From: an uncultured Phycisphaerales bacterium
GTDB lineage: Bacteria > Planctomycetota > Phycisphaerae > Tepidisphaerales > Tepidisphaeraceae
Reading direction: 5' to 3'
DNA: 64,000 nucleotides
NCBI GenBank assembly: GCA_963844715.1
Contig: CAWJPJ010000008.1
Location: 512,001 to 576,000, forward strand
In this document: in pieces, positions 56,277 to 64,000 of the stretch
Layout of the letters: the number at the start of each line of letters is the position of its first letter
Position numbering within the stretch: position 1 is the stretch's first letter
Translations under genes and position numbers: made by a program
The notes under the pieces: generated by a model
The model's database searches: none
Told to the model about the DNA's origin: nothing
Seen by the model: the letters and a program-made list of their open reading frames with translations, nothing else

Positions 56277-56708
56277 TTACGCGAGTTTCAATTCCTTGGG
56301 TTGCTGGGCGGAGTGGGGATGTTTATCGCCTTTGTAGATTTTGACTTTGCCGAGGATGTTGCGGCCCATCTTGCTCTTGGGGAGCATGCGGCGGACGGCG
56401 AGTTCGATTAACTTCTCCGGGTGCAGGGCCTTCATGGTTTTGTAGTCGTAGAGATGGCGGCCGCCGGGATAGCGGGAGTAGGTTTCATATTGCAAGACGT
56501 CGGCCTTCTTGCCGGTGACTCTGATTTTTTCGGCGTTGAGGACGATGACGAAATCGCCGGTGTCTACGTGTGGGGTGTAGGTCGGCTTGTTCTTTCCCTG
56601 AACGATGCCGGCGATTTTGGAGGCGAGCCGGCCGAGGACTTGGTTTGTGGCGTCGACCACATACCACTGCGCGACGACTTCGCCCGGCTTGGCCATGTAT
56701 GTGCTCAT
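56277..56708 (-). CDS. rplM: 50S ribosomal protein L13
   Basis: WYVVDA...LGRLAS, YTPHVDTGD, MLPK, HPHSAQQP. Confidence 0.97.
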   Translation of the reverse strand: MSTYMAKPGEVVAQWYVVDATNQVLGRLASKIAGIVQGKNKPTYTPHVDTGDFVIVLNAEKIRVTGKKADVLQYETYSRYPGGRHLYDYKTMKALHPEKLIELAVRRMLPKSKMGRNILGKVKIYKGDKHPHSAQQPKELKLA

Positions 56709-56741
56709 CTGCATTTCCTGTCGGAATTTTCGAGAAAAAAA

Positions 56742-56815
56742 CTTCCGGTTCGGCGGACGAAAACCGCCGGAACCAGAAGGGAGGGCCATCGTACCGGGGA
56801 GGGCGGACGTGTCAA
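56742..56815 (-). promoter_or_regulatory. Sigma70-like promoter and 5' leader hairpin of rplM-rpsI
   Basis: Minus strand TTGACA(56815)-N16-TACGAT; hairpin at 56742-56779. Confidence 0.6.
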
Positions 56816-56948
56816 TAGGCGGGCGGTTTTGGCCGGTTGGGGGTAGGCAAGGGAATATGGGCAAAAAAATATTTAATTTTCGCGATTTCTGGCGTAGCAA
56901 CGTGGAAATCAGTTGCTATAGTCCGCCTCAATTCGGAGGTTGGCCTGC

Positions 56949-57212
56949 GTGGCGTTTACCGTACGTGAGGTTCAGCCGACTCCGAATCCGAACGCGATGA
57001 AATTCGTGCTGGACCGCTCGATCAGCGACCAACCGGCAAGCTTTTTTAATTCGCAATCGGCCCAGGGTCACCCGGTAGCGTCCCATCTGTTTGCGGTGCC
57101 GGGGGTGAGCAGTCTGCTCCTTCTTGGAGATTTTGTAACGGTCAATAAGAGTCCCGATGCCAAGTGGCCGGACATTACCGCACAAGTCAAAAGGGCACTA
57201 GCGTCGATATGA
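56949..57212 (+). CDS. Nfu/NifU N-terminal scaffold-domain protein
   Basis: PTPNPNAMKF...LFAVPGV...DFVTVNK...W. Confidence 0.88.
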   Translation: MAFTVREVQPTPNPNAMKFVLDRSISDQPASFFNSQSAQGHPVASHLFAVPGVSSLLLLGDFVTVNKSPDAKWPDITAQVKRALASI

Positions 57213-57320
57213 ATTTAGCCGGGTCAATGCACCGGCTGATGAAGAGCGCGGGAAACTTAGTTATCGGACGAACGTAGTATTTAAAGAAGCAATCAATCAC
57301 ACGGAGTTTCTTCCCTCCTT

Positions 57321-57357
57321 ACCCCGTAGGTCTCACCCACGCCTACGGGGTTTTTTT
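57321..57357 (+). terminator. Intrinsic terminator
   Basis: accccgtagg/cctacggggt 10-bp stem followed by a T-tract. Confidence 0.8.
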
Positions 57358-57488
57358 GCGCATTTGTGATAGGCGGGCCGAAGGCCAATACGCATTCTGC
57401 CCCTTATGACAGATTCCATTTGAGTTCCGGGCGCATTCCATTTCGCCCTTCGTACTTGTGTCCGCCTGATACATTTTTGAGGCAATGG

Positions 57489-57800
57489 CGCTCGTTTGAA
57501 ATGCAAATGCAATGCGGGGAGGCGGGAGACACCCATACGGCCCGTCCTGCGGAAACTGCCAGAATCCTCCCCCGCACCCCTCCATCCTCTTCCACTTCCC
57601 CTCAGCCCGTCCATGACCCCCAAATGCGGGAAGGTAAAGCGGGGTTCGCTGGGTTGGTCCGGCTCCGAAGGATCGGTCTTTCTCGCTTTTCCCCCGGACG
57701 GTGAGGGGAAAAGGAGTGGGGATGGGTGGGTGCGGGAGGGAGGGGGCGAAACTTTTGGGGCCGTATATGGTTCGCCCCTTCCCTCCCGCTTTGCATTCGA
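57489..57800 (+). repeat. Dispersed structured element, copy 3, with an inverted partner arm
   Basis: Core at 57540-57568; 57696-57797 is a degenerate inverted copy of 57505-57612. Confidence 0.8.
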
Positions 57801-57984
57801 CTTTGTGCTTCACCGGAGGGCGAAAGAATTGCGACAACCAGCGCAGAACCACACGGCCAGGTTTTCCCATAGTTTTTGCGGCCGCTCGGGTGAATTTGAA
57901 ATGGTTGGGATCACCCGTTCGACTGCGGCAACTGGCCGAAGACTTGGGACATGGGATAAGAGGGCGTCCCGATCAGAACTTCAA

Positions 57985-60113
57985 TCATCTTGGCTCGATG
58001 CGTTTTAGGTTGGCGGGGAGGATTTGGTCTGCGATGGCGGGGTCTACTCGGCCGTCGGGGAAGATGATGGCCAGGTATTGGTCGGCGTAGGAGACGGCGA
58101 CTCGGCCGGCGGGGTCGGTCCAGACTCGGCGGATGGATCGGAGGAAGCTTAGGCGGTGGTCGAAGATCGCTTCGACGGCGAAGCCCGCGCCGTCGGGGCG
58201 GAGGCGGACAATTCTACCGTTGGCGTTGAAGAGCAGGAGGCGGTTTTGGGCAATCGAGACCAGCCAGGGTTGAAAATCCTGCGAGCCGGCGATTTCCTGG
58301 GGGAGAGTCCAAATATCCTCGCCGCCCGTTGGGACGGACGACGGAGAGAGTTGATCGGCCGTCGAGATATTTGTTGCCGGAGGAATCTTGGAGGAGGAGA
58401 TTTCCCTGGGGGGCCGGGGTGGTTTGGGCGGTGTCGGTTTTGGCCAAAAGCTCCCAATCGTGGTTGGTGAGGATCCAGCGGTCGGAGCGGCGTTGGACGA
58501 CGGGCCAGCCGGCGGCGTTCCAGCCGACGTCGCCGCCGGAGTCGATCATCCAGACGGCTAAGCGCGGGGAAGGGTCGATAACGGTGGGATCGAGAATGAG
58601 CGTGGGCTTTGGGGCGCCGGGGCGGCGGAAAATCCATCGGCCGTGGTTGTCGAAGCCTAGCCATTGGGTGAATTCCGTTTCGGAGGAGCGGAGCAGCGGG
58701 GTGAGCTCATCAGGTGGGAGAAAGCGCGCGGGGCTCAGCGGTGGCTTTTCCGCGATCCACTCGTCGTGAAAGGCGGCGAGCCGGGTCTGTTCATCCATTT
58801 TTCGGGAAAGCCCTGACGGAAGCAATTCGACGTATCGGCCGGGGCGGATGACGAGATAGGCGGGGTTGACGAGTTGGGGGAGTTGACCTTCGCTGGGGAC
58901 GGAGACGCCATGGGGGGCAAAGAAGACGGCTCCGCCGTCGGAGAGACGGGCGGTTACGGTGAGGAGGTTGTCCTGGATATCCATGACGCCGAGGGTGGCG
59001 CGATTGGCGCTGGCGAGGATCTGATCGATGCGCGGGCCGGCGGTGGGGGAGGCGGCGGGGCGCAATTGCTGGAGAAGGGGATAGGCGTCTGCGCCATATG
59101 CGGTGATGCGCTGAAAGGCGTCGGTGCGCTTGTCGGGGTCGGGGTCGTCGAGTTGATCGACGAGAGCTTCGATTTTTTTTTTCGTCGATCGACTGGGGAT
59201 CGAGGGGCTCGGTGATGAGCTGGACGCTTTGCGGGTCGTCGCCGCGGCGGATTTGCATGACGCTGCCGCCCAGCAGGGGGACCAGGTGGAGAATGGAAGG
59301 GGGCCAGGCGGTTGGGTCGAGCTTGAGCCAATGGCCGTCGACGAATCGTGCGACGACGTTGCCGGGCTGGACGGAATCGTCGGCGGGGATCCAGGCGAGC
59401 AGGCCGCGAAGATCGAAAAGGAATTGCGGCTTGGGGCCGGAGCCGGTGGGCGCAGGGGGAAATAGGATTCGGACAGTTGGGTATCGACGGTGATGATGCT
59501 GATGCCGTCTGGCGTGGGGACGATAAGGCGGGTTGCGCCGTTGTCGTCCCAATTCATGGCGCGGGACCAATCGAGGCCGGGGCGATTGGGGATGGGTTTG
59601 GCGTCGGTGGAGGTGACGAGTTCGAAGCCGTCATTGGTGCGGCACACGGCGGAGGCGATCTGATTGCCTCGGGTGTCGACGGTCCATAGGACGTACTCGA
59701 CGTCGCGATCGGCGATGTGCTCGGTTTCGTCGCCGGCGCGGGCCAGGACTTTGGGGAGGGGATCGGCGCTGGGATCGGAGAACCAGAGATCGCCGCGCGG
59801 GCAGAGATAAACGCGGCGAGGGATGAGCAAGTGGGCGGCGTCGGCGAGATCGAGCGCTTCGGATGGAGCGGTGGTGGTTGGATTATTTGGGAAATCGGCG
59901 GCGAGGAGCTGGGGGTAGGTGCGCATTGGCGGCGCGGAGAGGGTGGTTGCGGCGGGAGGGGAGGGTTGCGTTGTCGCGTCGGTGGGTTGCGTGACGGGAG
60001 GCGCAGGGGGGCGGTGGGGGATTTTTTCCGAAGAGGAGAACCAGGGCGATGCCGGCTATGGCGGCGACGAGCAATGAACCGGCGTACAACATTCGGGTAC
60101 GCGCAGGCGGCAT
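57985..60113 (-). CDS. Large membrane-anchored hypothetical protein (several frameshifts)
   Basis: N-terminal TM and Pro/TQP linker; coding pieces in ORFs 59883..60257, 58214..59926 and 58791..59570; central HEAT-like segment. Confidence 0.6.
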
Positions 60114-60181
60114 GCGAGTATGGTAGCGGAAAACGTGGCCCTTGGGCCGGGGTTCTTGTTGCGAGTATGATTCGCGCTCCG

Positions 60182-61175
60182 ATGGCGGATGCGATTGATC
60201 TTCGGCATGTGGAAAAGATTTACCGGCGGCGGGTGCATGCGTTGCGGGGGATTTCAATGCAGGTGCGGCGCGGGGAGATTTTTGGGCTGTTGGGGCCCAA
60301 TGGGGCGGGGAAAACGACGCTGGTCAAAATCATGACCCATGTGGTGCGGCCGACGCGGGCGGCGGGGACGATATTGGATTTTCCGATCGGGCACACGGCT
60401 ACGCTGGGGCGGATCGGATATTTGCCTGAGAACCATCGGTATCCGCGCTATCTTACGGGGCGGCAGGCGGTGGAATTTTTTTCCGCGCTTTCAAAGGTGG
60501 ATCGGCCGACGCGGCGCAAGCGAGCGGGCGAGCTTTTGACGACGGTGGGGCTGGGGGCGTGGGGGGATCAGAAAATCGGGCAATATTCCAAAGGGATGCT
60601 GCAGCGATTGGGACTGGCGGCGGCGATGGGGGCGAATCCGGATTTGCTGGTGCTGGATGAGCCGACGGATGGAGTTGATCCGGCGGGACGGCGCGATATT
60701 CGGCAGGTGCTCCAGCAACTTCGGCAGCAGGGGAAGACGGTTTTCATCAATAGCCATTTGCTGAGCGAACTGGAGACGGTTTGCGATCGGGTGGCGATTC
60801 TGGTGCAGGGGGTGGTCGCCAAACAGGGGACGATCGATGAATTGACGGTGGCGAAGCAATGTTTCTTTTTTGAATTTGCTGCGCAGCCCGAGCCGTGGAC
60901 GGGGGTTTGGAATGCGCTGCCGGGGGCGTTTACGTACGCTCCAGCGCGCAGGGAGGCCGGCGATGGGGAAACTGCCGGACCAGACGTGGTGCCAGTTTGA
61001 CGGGATCAGTTTGCGGGTCGGGAAGACGGAGCCGGCGGAGGTGCAGGGGATTTTGGATGCGCTGAGAAAGCAGGGACTGGTGATTCGGCGCATGCACGTG
61101 CTTCGTCCGAGCCTCGAGGAATTGTTTTTTGACGCGGTGGGGCCGGGGAGCGCGGTCGGGGGAGCGTCGGTATGA
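60182..61175 (+). CDS. ABC-2 transporter ATP-binding protein (frameshift near 60945)
   Basis: GPNGAGKTT, YSKGM, LVLDEPT, SHLL. Confidence 0.92.
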
Positions 61176-62286
61176 ATCAGACCTGGGCGCTGATTGTCGA
61201 TGCGTATCGCGATCTGAATTCGCGGAAAATGTTTTGGATCGTGCTGGCGATCTCGGGACTGGTCGCCGGCTCGATGTCGGCGGTGGGATTGTCGCCGAAC
61301 GGGTTTACGATATTCGGGTACGAGCTGCCGTCGCGATTTTTAAATTCAAGGGATGTGACGGCGGCGGGATTTTATAAATTGGTGTTCGTCACGCTGGGGA
61401 TCAATTGGTGGCTGACGACGTTCGCGACCTGCCTGGCGCTGATCTCGACGGCAAGTATTTTCCCGGATTTTCTGATCGGCGGGGCGGTTGATCTGTATCT
61501 GTCCAAGCCGATCGGGCGCTGGCGATTGTTTTTCACAAAATATGCGTGCGGACTGCTTTTCGTGGCTTTGCAGATTGCCTGCTTCTGCGTTGCGAGTTTT
61601 CTGGTGATCGGAATTCGGGGCGATGCGTGGGAGCCGGGGATTTTTCTGGCGATTCCGATCGTCGTGCTGTTTTACAGCTATCTATATTGCTTTTGCGTTC
61701 TCATCGGCGTGCTGACGCGATCGACGGTGGCGGCGGTTTTGGTGACGCTGCTGTTTTGGCTTTGCCTGTTCGGGCTGCACACGACGGAAGTGACGCTGCT
61801 GCTGTTCCAGACGCATGACGAGCGGGCGCACGTTAATTTGCTGGCCCAGATCGACCGGGAGCGGGCGGCGCTGGCGGAGATTCCGGCGTCGTCGACGACG
61901 TTGCCATCATTTCGGCAGAAGCTGCTGGAGACGCAGTTGGCGACGGACTTGCAGGCGCGGGACGAATACCATCCGAGTTACGTGCGGGCGCACGAGCTTT
62001 TTTACTGGACCATGGTGGGGCTGCCCAAGACGGCCGAAACCGTTGAGCTGCTGCAGCGGAAGCTGATTCGGCGGTCGGAAATTCCGGGCGAGGAGAATCG
62101 ATCGGCCGAGGATGACGAACAGAATGATTCGATGAACAGCGGGCAGATATTTTGCGCGGGGATATGGCGGCAGTGCGGAAAATAATGCGAAAGCGGACCA
62201 CCGCATGGATTGCGGGGACTTCGCTGGGGTTTGAAGCGGCGGTGTTATTGCTGGCGGGGTGGATTTTTTGCCGGCGCGACTATTGA
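61172..62286 (+). CDS. ABC-2 transporter permease (3' frameshift)
   Basis: Multiple TM helices; DLYLSKPIGRWRLFFTKY; shifted end FCRRDY*. Confidence 0.82.
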
Positions 62287-63500
62287 TCGAACCGCGAAAA
62301 TCCACAGTAGGAGTGAAACCGCCGTGGCGGGGAGGGAGAAGAGGGTCATGTTCGCGTCGATGGCGAGCCAATCGTGCCGTGCGTGATTGATTCCGGCGGG
62401 ATTGATTTTGCAGGCGATGCATCCGAGCTGGTCGTTGTAAGCGAAGACAACCAACTCCGTCGCAACGATGATGATGGTGGCGGCGACGATGACGGCGCGA
62501 AGGGGCGCGCGTATTCCACGTAAGCGACGGCCAGAAGCGGGGCGATCCAGTACCAATATTGGACGGAATTTCCTGAGCCGAAAATGATCACGGCGAGTAA
62601 AAGGATTGCCGCAAAGAGGACCAGATCGGCATCGCGTCGCAGGGGTCTGCGCCAGAGGCCGATGGAGAGGGCGACCATTGCCGGCAGCAGCGTGGCGGTG
62701 AAGACGGGGGCGTAGGCGAGGAGGGTTGAGCGCCCGCGACCAGAAGGATGAGGCCGGCGGCGCCGATGGGGCCCGGGGTTCCGCGATAGAGAATGACGCC
62801 GGAGAGGACATCATGGGGTCCCAGGGAGAAGAGGGGGGCGAGGGAAATCGCCGCCGGGCCGAGACATAGGAGGGCGCCGAGAAGGCGTGTTTTGACATCG
62901 ACGCGGCGGGCTTCGGCGATGAGCAGGGGGACGAGGATGAGGGGGAAGGTTTTGGCAAAAGCGCCCAGGCCGAGCCAGCCGGCGGCGATGAGCCAATCGA
63001 CTCTTTCCGATCGGCGGCGGAAGTTAATTAGCGATATCAGAAACCAGAGGATCAGGGTCGTGGGGATCACATCGAAATTTCCCTGTTGAACAGTGAGGAG
63101 GATCAGCAGGGGATTGAGACAGAGGCCCCACATGATGGGGGCGAAGATCTTTTTTGTCGGGCTCAACGCGCGGGCGAGCGCAGGCGGAGAGAATGAGCGC
63201 GGCGTCGGCGGCGGTGAGAAGAAGTCGGAGGCAAGTCATGAAGGGCCAGTCGAGGCGATCGCAGATGTGGCCGACGGCGAAGAGAACTTCCATCCACATG
63301 GGGGGCCAATTGAGTAGGGCATTGCCTTGGTAGGGGTTGATGCCGACGAGCAGCGCGCCGGCGATAACCTGCCAGTTGCGCAGGTCGATTCCGTACCAAT
63401 GGCCCGGCCAATAGACGATGCAGACGACTCGCGCGGCGACGGCGATGCCCGCGAGGAGCCATGCGGCGAGGGTCAGTTTTGCGCGGGGTGCGGGAGTCAT
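62245..63500 (-). CDS. Polytopic GT-C (GT87/DUF2029-like) glycosyltransferase (frameshifts)
   Basis: DL..W, NPY...NWPP, LNPL...QGNFD, KTFP, QYWYW. Confidence 0.65.
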
Positions 63501-64000
63501 GGGGTTGGCGCTTTCCTGGCGGCGAGGAGGGATCGCAATGCGGCGATCCAAAGGGCCAGCGTGGCGGCGGTCATGGGGAGGGTGAAAAGAAATACATGGC
63601 GATCGACCGAGAACCAGCGATAGATGGCGCGGTTGAAATGAGTTTGCACCCAGCGATAAAGAAAGAAGCCCATCGCGGGTTGATAGGCGTAGGCGATGAT
63701 TTCGGTGACGGAAATGACGATCGCGGCGGGGAGAATCACCCGCGCCAGATCAGACGATTGGAGATAGCCAATGACGAGGAAGGGGGCCACCCAGTACCAG
63801 TATTGAACAGCCGAGCCTGGGCCGAAAAGGAAAATTGAGATGAGAAGGAGCAGGGTGAGGAGAATGACGTCGCCGTCGTGGTGGAGGGGGCGCAGCCAGA
63901 GGATCGAAGCGGAGCTGAGCATCAGAAGGATTAGGAAGGCGGTGAAGTAGGCGGAATAAGTATGGACGGAGGCGCTGCCGGCGAGGAGGGACAGGAATCC
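63497..64000 (-). CDS. Paralogous GT-C-like membrane protein, C-terminal part (truncated by the window edge)
   Basis: FGPGSAVQYWYWVAP...FTLP.TA..L.LW parallels the downstream paralogue. Confidence 0.55.
   Translation of the reverse strand, partial: GFLSLLAGSASVHTYSAYFTAFLILLMLSSASILWLRPLHHDGDVILLTLLLLISIFLFGPGSAVQYWYWVAPFLVIGYLQSSDLARVILPAAIVISVTEIIAYAYQPAMGFFLYRWVQTHFNRAIYRWFSVDRHVFLFTLPMTAATLALWIAALRSLLAARKAPTP

Noticed and set aside
57215..57262. Hammerhead ribozyme (CTGATGA...GAAA)
   Set aside because: No stem II can form between the two motifs, and there is no UH cleavage site before the putative stem I.
57496..58008. 170-aa ORF over element copy 3 as a real gene
   Set aside because: It has a TTG start, is low in complexity and crosses an inverted repeat, and the other copies do not keep an ORF of similar length. 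Only the short core peptide remains an open possibility.

Overview
High-GC bacterial chromosome segment. It is inferred to be Planctomycetota, probably Phycisphaerae/Tepidisphaerales-like, from the planctomycete-type L28, the TPR-YggX fusion and xTQP-rich exported proteins. Most of it is housekeeping: gatCA, rpmB, thiL, ruvX, manC, obg-rpmA, dnaA with upstream DnaA boxes, secDF-yajC-tgt, der, rnhA, korAB, prmC and rplM-rpsI. It also carries an EmrAB-TolC pump, a TonB-dependent receptor, several glycosyltransferases, a ParDE pair, two orphan antitoxins, and one IS5-like element with 16-bp TIRs and a 4-bp TSD that disrupts a small gene. Many conserved genes have single-base frameshifts, which I read as uncorrected long-read errors rather than pseudogenes. 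No rRNA, tRNA or CRISPR array was seen. The most notable unexplained signal is non-coding: a dispersed, same-orientation, 115-200+ nt intergenic element (5956, 33819, 57489) with a covarying stem around a near-invariant CCCGTCCTGCGGAAACTG core, which recurs alone at 13326. There are also at least five families of small palindromic elements. One nested cluster gives the identical C-terminus EMTNDK* to both of its convergent flanking genes.
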